64,000 nt of DNA, from IMG/VR virus record IMGVR_UViG_3300035670_000038, positions 67,303 through 131,302 of that record, one strand, 5' to 3'. The notes under the pieces are model-generated. The model was not told the DNA's origin, ran no database searches, and worked only from the letters and a program-made list of their open reading frames with translations. Position 1 is the first letter of the stretch. Each line of letters starts with the position of its first letter. This stretch comes from a virus. Positions 53,430 through 62,543 of this stretch are shown here, one piece after another. The translations under genes were made by a program, and so were the position numbers.

Positions 53430-53514
53430 GGTGCGGTGGCCGAGTGGCTGAAGGCACGGGTCTGCAAAACCCTTGGAGTAACATCCCGCGTCAGTTCGAA
53501 TCTGACTCGCACCT
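53430..53514 (+). tRNA. tRNA-Cys(GCA) with long variable arm
   Basis: GGGT-CT GCA AA-ACCC; U73; 16-nt variable region. Confidence 0.88.
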
Positions 53515-53530
53515 TTTATAAGGAGAGTTT

Positions 53531-54136
53531 ATGTCGTTTAGAGTAACTACCAGAGTACATAGCGTAAAAAAAGATGTATTGCCATATGCTTATGTTGATA
53601 ATATATTTACAACCGATGAACTAGAAAAATTAAAAAATTATTGTAATCAACTTACACTGGAAAACGCTACCGTAGGTTTGGGTGAACTAAAACCAAAATA
53701 TAGAAAATCAAAGGTTAGTCAATTTAAGGTCGATAAAGAAAATGAATGGATATTTGATAGACTGCAAATTGCCACCGACTATGTAAACAATGAATTTTTT
53801 AGATTTGATTTAATTGGGTTCGACCAAATTCAATACACAGAATACAGAGATGATAACGATTTATATGATTTTCACGTAGATTGCTATATGGGTCAGGGAG
53901 TTCCACTAGAACACTCATACCCAAGAAAATTATCATTTAGTCTTGTATTATCAGATAGTACAGAATACGTTGGTGGGCAATTTGAAGTAATGTACTCAAA
54001 AGATCCTGAACAAGTACAACAAAAACTTGGAAGATTGTTGGCATTTCCATCGCATATGCTACATAGAGTTACACCTGTTACAAAAGGTATTCGTAAATCG
54101 TTGGTGTTTTGGGTTATTGGTCCGAAATTTAAATAG
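53531..54136 (+). CDS. 2OG-Fe(II) oxygenase (prolyl 4-hydroxylase/PKHD-like)
   Basis: YDFHVD, RKLSFSL, YVGG, FPSHMLHRVTPVTKGIRKSLVFW. Confidence 0.9.
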   Translation: MSFRVTTRVHSVKKDVLPYAYVDNIFTTDELEKLKNYCNQLTLENATVGLGELKPKYRKSKVSQFKVDKENEWIFDRLQIATDYVNNEFFRFDLIGFDQIQYTEYRDDNDLYDFHVDCYMGQGVPLEHSYPRKLSFSLVLSDSTEYVGGQFEVMYSKDPEQVQQKLGRLLAFPSHMLHRVTPVTKGIRKSLVFWVIGPKFK

Positions 54137-54577
54137 GAAATTATATGAAAGAAAATGACAAGCTACCAACTATTATCGCAGTAATAGCAACAATCATATT
54201 TATTGTATTCGTCCTACTTATTAGTCAGCCAAATGAAACGAAAGAAGTCAGCGAATTACAAATTTTGGAAAGTGGAAATATTCAGAACGCTATAGAAACT
54301 GGTCAATACTAATGAAAACACTTTTCACGGCAAAACCAATTACATTATCGGATACAGCTGAGCACAGAATCCATAAACGTAAGTGGTGGGCAATTCTCAT
54401 TTTAGTTGTTGGTGGTCTTTTACTAGCAGGTCGTGTATCAATTCCAATGTCGTTTAGTTACACCTTGTTGTTCTTTGGTCATGCCGGAATGTTACATAGT
54501 TTTTGGGAAAAGCGGGATTACCCTATGGTTATCGTTAACCTTGTCTGGCTTGGTGTAGATGCCTTGGGATTCATCAG

Positions 54578-54775
54578 ATGGTGGAATATGTAATCAAATC
54601 TCCATGCATAAAAGTGTGTAAGTTACATAAAAATTCATGCATTGGATGTGGTAGGACTATAGAAGAAATCAAAAAATGGAATAAATATTCACGCTTGACA
54701 AAAGTATGGATATGGATTAAACTATATATAAGACGATATGACAAGAACTTGCGGAACTTGTACAAAATGTTGTGA
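54578..54775 (+). CDS. DUF1289-like Cys-rich protein
   Basis: SPCIKVC...CIGCGRTIEEIKKW. Confidence 0.7.
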   Translation: MVEYVIKSPCIKVCKLHKNSCIGCGRTIEEIKKWNKYSRLTKVWIWIKLYIRRYDKNLRNLYKML

Positions 54776-55157
54776 TGGGTGGCTAGGAGTACAAGTGCAT
54801 GGGCATTGGGTGACAGATGGTAATCCGTGTTTATTCAAAAAAGAAAAGTGTGGATGTTCGATATACCAAGCACGACCACAAACTTGTCAAGATTTCTTGT
54901 GTGGTTGGTTACGAGATGACGGTACGTTATTCGAAGAATGGATGAAACCCGAAATAGTTAATTTTATTTTGGTATACTTTAAAATAGAAGAAATAAAGTG
55001 GTACAAGCTAATAACCACAGGACAAAAATTGTCACCACTAATGTTAAGTTATGTCATACAAAAAGCAATACGACAAAATATAAATCTAGAATACTGGATA
55101 GAAAATACGCAATTTTTAATAGGCACAGAAGAATTTAAAAAATGTGTAAAAGTATAA
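54738..55157 (+). CDS. YkgJ-like cysteine-cluster protein
   Basis: CGTCTKCC, PCLF, CSIYQARPQTCQDFLC. Confidence 0.7.
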   Translation: MTRTCGTCTKCCDGWLGVQVHGHWVTDGNPCLFKKEKCGCSIYQARPQTCQDFLCGWLRDDGTLFEEWMKPEIVNFILVYFKIEEIKWYKLITTGQKLSPLMLSYVIQKAIRQNINLEYWIENTQFLIGTEEFKKCVKV

Positions 55158-55158
55158 C

Positions 55159-55232
55159 GGCAGGGTAGCTCAGTTGGTGAGAGCGCACGACTCATAATCG
55201 TGAGGTCGAGGGTTCGAATCCCTCCCCCGCTA
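55159..55232 (+). tRNA. tRNA-Met or Ile2 (CAT), non-initiator
   Basis: CACGA-CT CAT AA-TCGTG; lacks the three G-C pairs of initiator tRNA. Confidence 0.88.
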
Positions 55233-55424
55233 TAATATGGAGAATGTATGTTTATTATTAAGTTTAATGATATAGAAACACCAACTCAATATGCAACACG
55301 AGAAGATGCATTGCGAGAATTGGAAAGTATGTTTGGTGATATTCAATTAGATGAAATGAATATCGCATTCTGGCCAAGTATATCGGCACGAGGATATACG
55401 AAGATAGAGATTGTAGAACAATAA

Positions 55425-55508
55425 GGGAGTGCCGCAGAGTTGGAGGACTGCATCAGACTGTAAATCTGACGCCAATAGGCCTAGTAGGTTCGAATCCTTC
55501 CACTCCCA
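55425..55508 (+). tRNA. tRNA-Tyr(GTA)
   Basis: TCAGA-CT GTA AA-TCTGA; long variable arm. Confidence 0.9.
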
Positions 55509-55511
55509 TAT

Positions 55512-55585
55512 AGGCGTGTAGCTCAGGTGGTTAGAGCACTGCTCTGATAAAGCAGGGGTCGCTGGTTCAACTCCAGCCATGCCTA
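55512..55585 (+). tRNA. tRNA-Ile(GAT)
   Basis: CTGCT-CT GAT AA-AGCAG. Confidence 0.93.
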
Positions 55586-55589
55586 TTTC

Positions 55590-55662
55590 GCACCGTTAGC
55601 TCAATTGGCAGAGCATGTGACTCTTAATCACCAGGTTGAAGGTTCGATTCCTTCACGGTGCA
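55590..55662 (+). tRNA. tRNA-Lys(CTT)
   Basis: GTGA-CT CTT AA-TCAC. Confidence 0.92.
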
Positions 55663-55667
55663 TAGAC

Positions 55668-55740
55668 GCCAAGATAGCTCAGTTGGTAGAGCGCCAGCCT
55701 GAAGAGCTGGGCGTCGGGGGTTCGACTCCCTCTCTTGGCA
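55668..55740 (+). tRNA. tRNA-Phe(GAA)
   Basis: CCAGC-CT GAA GA-GCTGG. Confidence 0.93.
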
Positions 55741-55753
55741 TGTAGTTTAAAAT

Positions 55754-55825
55754 GCGTCCTTGGTGTAATGGTAGCACAGCAGCCTCCAAATCTGCTAGGT
55801 GTGGGTTCGAGTCCTACAGGGCGTG
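55754..55825 (+). tRNA. tRNA-Trp(CCA)
   Basis: GCAG(C)-CT CCA AA-(T)CTGC; G73. Confidence 0.88.
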
Positions 55826-55831
55826 TAATAT

Positions 55832-55905
55832 TCCCAGGTAGCTCAGTTGGTTAGAGCATCTGACTGTTAATCAGAGGGTCGTGGGTTCAAGTCCCACCCT
55901 GGGAG
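55832..55905 (+). tRNA. tRNA-Asn(GTT)
   Basis: TCTGA-CT GTT AA-TCAGA. Confidence 0.93.
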
Positions 55906-56602
55906 CTTTGTAGTAATAACAAACGAGGGAAGTATGAACACTGAAGAACAGTATAAAACTATACAACGGGTCATAGCATACTTACAGCAGAATGGTATAT
56001 TTGATAGGTTGTCTCAAAACTGCATAGCAGCAACAGAAATAATTTCTTCTATGCTATTGCACGAGGGTATAGTGTCAAAAACTGTGGAGTGTTGTTTAAC
56101 TGTTAGAAATAATACTACCACACCAGCTTCGTATACATTAATTGGATATGATGGTATTGCACAACAATCACAAATTGATGTACACTTGGTTCTAGTAACC
56201 GAAACAGAAACACCATTACTTATTGACGCATCTATACAATATGCTTTACCTGAAGATACCCACTATATAATAGCACCAATAAGTAAAGACAATACGGAAG
56301 TACTAGCAGAGTTTTCGAAAGATGGATTTGAATTACGTTATACCGAAAAACGAAGTCCAAAAATACCTGCACTTCATCAAAAATCTATTTTGCAAAAAAT
56401 AAAGAACGATGAAATTGTAAAAGAAAAATTAAAACTTCTACAAACTGGTGTTTTTGTTATTGGTGGTTTTGCATTGGTTAATTTTACATTAAATATGATA
56501 GCAATAGTTTTAAAAATTATTTATCCATAATATATTATTTAAATACTTGACAAAGTAGATATGGTATGATAGATTTAAGTTGTCTTAACTAACGAGGTTA
56601 TT

Positions 56603-56860
56603 ATGAATTTGACACCGAACGACAAGTTGAAGTTAGAAGCAGCGTTGAAAGATATGGCAACGTCTATGACGCGAGTAGCAGCAGAACGTGACCTACAGAA
56701 GAACGTAATTGGTGATATCTGTGAAGAACTTCAACTCAATAAGAAAGTTTTCCGTAAGCTAGCACGTGTGTATTATAAGCAGAACTTTGATGATGAAGTA
56801 GCAACACACCAAGAATTTGAAACCCTTTACGAAACTGTTACACAAACTAATAAGCCCTAA
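56603..56860 (+). CDS. T4 DsbA-like dsDNA-binding protein
   Basis: SMTRVAAERDLQK...KKVFRKLARVYYKQNFDDE...FETLYE pattern. Confidence 0.65.
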   Translation: MNLTPNDKLKLEAALKDMATSMTRVAAERDLQKNVIGDICEELQLNKKVFRKLARVYYKQNFDDEVATHQEFETLYETVTQTNKP

Positions 56861-57335
56861 GAGGTGACTTATGAATCGGTTATGGATGTTGTTGTTCCTA
56901 GTGGGATGCGCATCACCAACTGAACCACAAGAAGTAAGTTACAACTTACAGTTTGTAAAAGATGTTGACACGATATTCGTAGATATGTCAGACAAACAGG
57001 CAACAGAAACACAGGTCACCAAGCACATTGGTGCGGTGACAAACATTCGTAGTAGACGAATTGTGTTGATTAAGGGAAACATCTATGTACAAGTTAATTC
57101 TGGATTTGGTCACATAGATACTGTAGCAACGGTAAATTCCATTTCGTATACTAACAACGGATATGTTGGAACTGTGTTCGGTGCATTCCCTAATATGGTG
57201 GGTATGACTGCAACAATAGTTGCAAATGTTGTTGATGACATACGAACAAAAGAAGAATACCAGTATCCGCATCTCAGAAAAGTATTGGCTACCGATACTA
57301 TGCGAATTGTCATTCTTCCCCGAAGGTAGTTGTTT

Positions 57336-57409
57336 GGGGTGGTAGCTCAGCTGGTTAGAGCATCCGACTGTCACTCGGAAGGTCGTGGGTTCGAGCCCCA
57401 TCCATCCCG
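57336..57409 (+). tRNA. tRNA-Asp(GTC)
   Basis: TCCGA-CT GTC AC-TCGGA. Confidence 0.93.
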
Positions 57410-57427
57410 TTTATTTTGGAGACACAC

Positions 57428-58552
57428 ATGAAATTGTTATTTTTATCAACTTGCGGTAGAACAAAACAAGCAGAAGATGTTAGTTATATAAATCTTTATC
57501 TTGCGTCACTAAAGAAACACGTAGTTCCACATTACGATGTAAAAGTCATTTTGTTTAATAACGCATTAAACCAACATTCTAGTGAAAGTTTGACTTGGCA
57601 ACGAGTTAAAGAATACGGACTAGAAAACGTAGTTGAAGTTAAAAATATGTATGAAATGGGATTACCACAAAAATCGGTAGAGTTTCTTGATAATATGCAT
57701 TGGTTTTCTAAAATCGGAATCAATATGAATATGTTGTTTGATTATTCAAGAAATAATGGATTTTTTGATGCAGATTGGATATTCCATTTTGATACTGATA
57801 TGGAGTTCTTACCTAATTTTCAATCGGTGTTTTCAAAAATACATCCCATTACCGAAGTTAATCCTGAAGTAATGATTACTGTTGCTGGTGACACATATCC
57901 ATATAATATACGATATCAAGATGTAGAATTCGTATTCGACGAACCAGACCGCGTGTATATGTACGATGAATCAACAATTGATACTAACTTTTCATTACGA
58001 CAACTAAAAGTAAATCGTAGAAGTACACAAGCAACAGATGCATCTAGATACACAGGAAGTGAAAAGTTATTTTTTAATTTACAACAACAAAAGATAAGAA
58101 ATGACTTTGTAGGATATTCTAGACAAGCAGCAAATCAACATACGTTTAATTGGATATCCTGCCATTACCCAAATAACTATGCAGCCGTGGGTAAGTTACA
58201 AGATAATGAAGATGCACAATTATTAAAAAAACTATGGGACGAAAAATCTAGTCCAAATTTTGAATTAGTGGTTAATCACGATAAAGGTTCATTACCACAA
58301 TTCTTTTTACAAGGGTCAAGCCATAACGTTGTCAAAGTACAGCTTCGTGGATATATGGATATGGCAAAACACTATAGTTCCGGATGGTATGAAGAAACAC
58401 CATTCGGTCCATACGCAGAACAAAGGTTGAAAGAAGATTACACCGATACGCAGCATATTTGGGAAAAAGATTATTTGACAAAGGAAGAAATAGAATCTAG
58501 AATTTCAAATTTACAAAATGAAATTCAACGATTACAAGCAATGTTAAATTAG
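57428..58552 (+). CDS. putative GT-A glycosyltransferase-like protein
   Basis: DxD motif (DWIFHFDTDMEF) after a Rossmann-like N-terminus. Confidence 0.45.
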   Translation: MKLLFLSTCGRTKQAEDVSYINLYLASLKKHVVPHYDVKVILFNNALNQHSSESLTWQRVKEYGLENVVEVKNMYEMGLPQKSVEFLDNMHWFSKIGINMNMLFDYSRNNGFFDADWIFHFDTDMEFLPNFQSVFSKIHPITEVNPEVMITVAGDTYPYNIRYQDVEFVFDEPDRVYMYDESTIDTNFSLRQLKVNRRSTQATDASRYTGSEKLFFNLQQQKIRNDFVGYSRQAANQHTFNWISCHYPNNYAAVGKLQDNEDAQLLKKLWDEKSSPNFELVVNHDKGSLPQFFLQGSSHNVVKVQLRGYMDMAKHYSSGWYEETPFGPYAEQRLKEDYTDTQHIWEKDYLTKEEIESRISNLQNEIQRLQAMLN

Positions 58553-58558
58553 TTATTG

Positions 58559-58643
58559 GGAAGCGTGGCTGAGTGGTCTAAAGCAGGCGATTACTAATCG
58601 CTCGTACTTAAAGGTACCGTGGGTTCGAATCCTACCGCTTCCG
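58559..58643 (+). tRNA. tRNA-Ser with ACT anticodon
   Basis: GGAAGCG/CGCTTCC-G73; long variable arm; GGCGA-TT ACT AA-TCGCT. Confidence 0.88.
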
Positions 58644-58730
58644 TTATACAATATTTTTAGTATTAACCCCTATATATTAAGATGGGGGTTGACAAACTGA
58701 CCCGACTGTGTTAGATTATAGGTGTGGTGA

Positions 58731-58805
58731 GCGCCCGTAGTGTTTAACGGTTAGCACAAGAGACTTTTAATCTCTACAGTCTGGGTTCGAATCCCAGCGG
58801 GCGTA
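58731..58805 (+). tRNA. tRNA-Lys(TTT)
   Basis: AGAGA-CT TTT AA-TCTCT; TTGACA/TAGATT promoter upstream. Confidence 0.92.
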
Positions 58806-58828
58806 TGTTGATTAACAATAGAAGGTCA

Positions 58829-59020
58829 GTTGTAGAGCTTACCCGTGGTAAGAGTATTCCCACGCCACACGATATAAGTGACCCTTACGTGAGACACCGC
58901 TACAACGGTGCAGGGGAAGATTCCGTAAGAAGCAGTCCTCGTATGTGGACAAACGTTAGTGAGGATGGCACTAACGATAATAGGTAAGTTCTTCTCAATA
59001 AAACGAGAGGATACTACAAC
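58829..59020 (+). ncRNA. unidentified multi-branched structured RNA
   Basis: Closing GTTGTAG/CTACAAC; internal stems CTTACC/GGTAAG, CTTACG/CGTAAG, CACCG/CGGTG, GTCC/GGAC, CGTTAGTG/CACTAACG; lies between two tRNAs. Confidence 0.6.
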
Positions 59021-59032
59021 ATCCATCCATAC

Positions 59033-59115
59033 GCCCTGGTGGTGGAATGGTATACACAGCAGACTTAAAATCTGCCGGCCTCACGGTCTTGCGAGTTCGA
59101 GTCTCGCCCTGGGCA
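59033..59115 (+). tRNA. tRNA-Leu(TAA)
   Basis: GCAGA-CT TAA AA-TCTGC; long variable arm. Confidence 0.92.
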
Positions 59116-59137
59116 TTTACGTTAAAATGAAGTTAAT

Positions 59138-60310
59138 ATGCAAGTAAAAAATTTTGTAGAATTGTTTGGTGAATTGTGTGAAGTATATCCTGAATTAATT
59201 GAGCAAGCGGACAAATGTTTTTCATTACCAGCAAATTTTGCAAGCTTCGGTATATCAAAAGTAGAATTAAGAAATACGATACTGGAACAAATAGCATTAG
59301 ATAAAAAAATAATTTTTCATGGTAGTAAAGAAACTTTTGATTTAACCTTAATTAATAATTTACAAGATATTGTTGATTCAATTCCTGTTGTAACCAATAG
59401 ACTTTTTTATACTATAGGTTGCAAAGATTATCAACAAGCATATGATAAGTTTAAGATGTCTCGTAGTATTAAAAATAAATTTATTTTTATTTCTTACAAC
59501 TATTGGGAACATTGGACAATATCAACGCACAGACATACGGAATATATTCCATACGATGTACGAATAAAAGAAAAGAAGTTTTTTTGTTTGAATAGAACTG
59601 AACGTTTACATAGACTTTATTTGTACGCACATTCTATAAAACACAATTGGTTTTCTGATAGTTATTTTTCATTTGTAGGTACGTCACAAGATTACATTTC
59701 GTATTTTGTTAAGATGGCAAATGATATACTACATCACGCAGAAAAGGATAGTTCTTTTAGTAAACCACCCTTGATACAAAACTGGGTAGCTGATGAAATA
59801 GAAAAAACAAAACATTATTTTCCTATTTTATTGGACGAGAACAACGTTTATATCAAAGTAAATGAGCGAAAAGCAGAGCTGTTTAACAATAGTTATGTAT
59901 CTATAATCACAGAAACTTTGTTTGAAGATACAATTATATCTCCGTTTTTTCAATATCATTATATCGGTGGATATAACTTTCTAACAGAAAAAACTTTTAA
60001 ATGTATTGTATCGAAGCATCCGTTTATATTAGTTTCGAGAAACGGTAGTTTGGAGTATCTTAAAAGTTTAGGATATAAAACTTTTCATCCATATATAAAC
60101 GAATCTTATGACGAAATTGTAGATGACAAACTACGAATGGATGCAATAACTACAGAAATATTAAGATTAAATAATTTTAGTGATTCCGAATGGTTGATAT
60201 TTCAAAAAAACGTAAAAGACATTATAGAGCATAATTACAAGGTACTTAGCAGCAAGACAGATTTTAGAATTACCAAAATAAACGATACTTGGTTTGGTGA
60301 CAAGATATGA
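59138..60310 (+). CDS. phage glycosyltransferase-like hypothetical protein
   Basis: FFCLNR..RLHR, SYVSIITET, FLTEKTFK, HPFI, GYKTF..YINESYD. Confidence 0.5.
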   Translation: MQVKNFVELFGELCEVYPELIEQADKCFSLPANFASFGISKVELRNTILEQIALDKKIIFHGSKETFDLTLINNLQDIVDSIPVVTNRLFYTIGCKDYQQAYDKFKMSRSIKNKFIFISYNYWEHWTISTHRHTEYIPYDVRIKEKKFFCLNRTERLHRLYLYAHSIKHNWFSDSYFSFVGTSQDYISYFVKMANDILHHAEKDSSFSKPPLIQNWVADEIEKTKHYFPILLDENNVYIKVNERKAELFNNSYVSIITETLFEDTIISPFFQYHYIGGYNFLTEKTFKCIVSKHPFILVSRNGSLEYLKSLGYKTFHPYINESYDEIVDDKLRMDAITTEILRLNNFSDSEWLIFQKNVKDIIEHNYKVLSSKTDFRITKINDTWFGDKI

Positions 60311-60476
60311 CAAAGTATTTAGTAAAGATGTATTTCGAAGGTGGTGTTGCATCGTTTGTATATTACACAGAAGAAGCAACGGCAGCAATCACAGCATTTC
60401 GTAATGACCCAGATGCACAAAAACAATTAGAAGGAAAAGTGTTGACACATTATGAAGTAGGACCAGTCTGATGTTT

Positions 60477-60548
60477 GCGGGTGTAGCTCAGTGGTAGAGT
60501 CCGTGCTTGCCAAGCACGTTGTCGTGGGTTCGAATCCCATCGCCCGCT
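60477..60548 (+). tRNA. tRNA-Gly(GCC)
   Basis: CGTGC-TT GCC AA-GCACG. Confidence 0.93.
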
Positions 60549-60565
60549 CTTAGTTTGGAGAATCT

Positions 60566-61147
60566 ATGTTTTCTTGGTTTAATCCGATAATCTCACGACG
60601 AGGTTATACAAGTTATTTAGAAATCGGTGTTAGTAACGGTGGAACATTTTATAATGTAGAATGCGAAACCAAGCATGGTGTAGATCCACACAATTGTGAT
60701 ATGCTTTACCCAATGACATCGGATAAGTTTTTTGAAAATTGCAATCATATGTATGATTTGGTTTTTATTGATGGTGACCACGAATGTAATCAAGTTTTGA
60801 GAGACATTGATAATAGTATCAAACATTTGTCACCCAACGGTATTATTTTTATACACGATACAAAACCGCATACAGAATTAATGCAACGTTCACCAATGCC
60901 AGACTCTTCGGAGTTATGTGAAAATGGTTTGTGGACGGGTGATGTATGGAAAGCGATTGCAAAGTTTAGAAGTAGTAGAAAGGATTTTTCTGTTAAAACA
61001 CTTGACATACAACTTGGTTTGACTATATTAGAACGTGGCGAAGGAACGCTAATAGAAGTACCAGACGAATTAACATACGATTGGTACTTGACAAATCAAG
61101 ATTATGTGTTAAATTTAGTTCCACAAGAGTACATTACGGGCCTGTAG
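60566..61147 (+). CDS. class I SAM-dependent methyltransferase (Methyltransf_24-like)
   Basis: YLEIGV, GVDP, DLVFIDGDH, GIIFIHD, WTGDVWK. Confidence 0.88.
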   Translation: MFSWFNPIISRRGYTSYLEIGVSNGGTFYNVECETKHGVDPHNCDMLYPMTSDKFFENCNHMYDLVFIDGDHECNQVLRDIDNSIKHLSPNGIIFIHDTKPHTELMQRSPMPDSSELCENGLWTGDVWKAIAKFRSSRKDFSVKTLDIQLGLTILERGEGTLIEVPDELTYDWYLTNQDYVLNLVPQEYITGL

Positions 61148-61210
61148 CTCAGCTGGGAGAGCGCCTGATTTGCATTCAGGAGGTCATCGGTTCGATCCCG
61201 TTCAGGTCCA
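61138..61210 (+). tRNA. tRNA-Ala(TGC)
   Basis: G3:U70; CCTGA-TT TGC AT-TCAGG; overlaps the methyltransferase stop. Confidence 0.93.
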
Positions 61211-61366
61211 TTGGAGGAAACAATGATACAAATTTTATCTGCATTGATGGTTGCCTTTGTTCTTTACAAAATATATACGCAAGATGAAAGTAGATAATGA
61301 AACCAAACAATCTGCATTAGTCCTATTGACAGGTATTCTGTTTGGACTAATCATTCAGATGGTCAC

Positions 61367-61440
61367 GGGTGGTTAGCTCAGCTGGTTAGAGCATCGGTTT
61401 TACACACCGAGGGTCGGGGGTTCGAGTCCCTCACTACCCA
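61367..61440 (+). tRNA. tRNA-Val(TAC)
   Basis: TCGGT-TT TAC AC-ACCGA. Confidence 0.93.
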
Positions 61441-61868
61441 TCATTAGGAGGTTATATGCCAAAGCAAACAAAGATAAATGAAAGTTGGAATGTACAATAT
61501 TACGCACGTGATCATCAAACCAACGACGATGTTCTCAGTCTACAAATGAATTGGGAAAATCGTAATGTTGAAGAAGTGATGAAAAATTTGAACACATGGC
61601 TAACAGCCATTAATATTCCACTAACAGTGGTAAATAAATAAGAGAGGTTATTATGAGACAACGTGTAATTGATATGTTGCGGTCACAAGCAGAAGCAGAA
61701 CGGCAGAAGGCTTTACTGTCACTTGATTTACTTATGGAACGTTCGGTAGGTATTGGTGACCATTCTACGGGTGATTTCTACAAGAATGCAGAAGAAGCAT
61801 TACAGATGCTTGTTGACGCAGACGATAAGATTGAAGCATTAAATAGATATTTCGGTCAATAGTAGTTT

Positions 61869-61939
61869 GCGGGTATCGTATAGTGGTAATACCCAACACT
61901 TCCAATGTTGTGCGAGGAGTTCGATTCTCCTTACCCGCT
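61869..61939 (+). tRNA. tRNA-Gly(TCC)
   Basis: CAACA-CT TCC AA-TGTTG. Confidence 0.92.
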
Positions 61940-61996
61940 CTCTCGCTTTTGATGTCGGTGGTCTGCGAGAAGCCATAACGTTGACCGACATCATTC

Positions 61997-62079
61997 GCTC
62001 TTGTGGTGGAATGGTATACACGACAGTCTCAAAAACTGTTTCCCATTAGGGATTGTGAGTTCGAGTCTCACCGGGAGCA
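61997..62079 (+). tRNA. tRNA-Leu(CAA)
   Basis: ACAGT-CT CAA AA-ACTGT; long variable arm. Confidence 0.92.
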
Positions 62080-62082
62080 TAA

Positions 62083-62155
62083 CGGGATGTAGCTCAATTG
62101 GCAGAGCACACGCTTTGGGAGCGTGGGGTTGCTGGTTCAAGTCCAGTCATCCCGA
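62083..62155 (+). tRNA. tRNA-Pro(TGG)
   Basis: CACGC-TT TGG GA-GCGTG. Confidence 0.93.
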
Positions 62156-62170
62156 CTGAAAGGAGAATAT

Positions 62171-62494
62171 ATGGAAAAGATTATTGAAGAATATTTTGAA
62201 GCATTTGTAAGAAAAGATTTACGAAAATTAGCGGAGTTATACGACGAAGATATTCAATTATCCGAATGGGATGAAAACATCTTTGTTGGTAAAGAAGCTG
62301 TTTTAAAAGCGAATGAAGAATTGTTTAATAAGTTTGAAAACATCGGTGTCGTTGTAAAAGCACGAGCATCGGAAAACAATCGTTCACTGAACGAAATTGT
62401 TGTTCATTTGGATGATGTAGAAGTTAAGGTGGTAGACAGCATCAAAGTGATAAACGACAAAATTGTGTATATAATGGCGTATCGTGGTTTTTAA
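62171..62494 (+). CDS. SnoaL/NTF2-like protein
   Basis: IEEYFEAF..KDL..LAELYDED...GKEAV pattern; AGGAG RBS. Confidence 0.65.
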   Translation: MEKIIEEYFEAFVRKDLRKLAELYDEDIQLSEWDENIFVGKEAVLKANEELFNKFENIGVVVKARASENNRSLNEIVVHLDDVEVKVVDSIKVINDKIVYIMAYRGF

Positions 62495-62543
62495 TAGTTA
62501 TATTTATATTATAAGAGTTTCGTAAACTTTTTTGGGGAACCAT

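Noticed and set aside
58559-58643. Amber suppressor (CTA in the anticodon loop)
   Set aside because: CTA sits at positions 35-37; the 7-nt loop puts ACT at 34-36, and TAG is used as a normal stop.
58829-59020. RNase P RNA or SRP RNA
   Set aside because: It lacks the GAGGAAAGUCC and CGGCUUA P4 motifs. The resemblance to SRP helix 8 (…AGAAGCAG) is partial and has no GNRA-capped stem.
52857-62170. ORF-track entries overlapping RNA genes (5' part of 52857, 53315, 55347, 58805, 58959, 61081, 61867, 5' part of 62123)
   Set aside because: These are translations of tRNA or ncRNA sequence.
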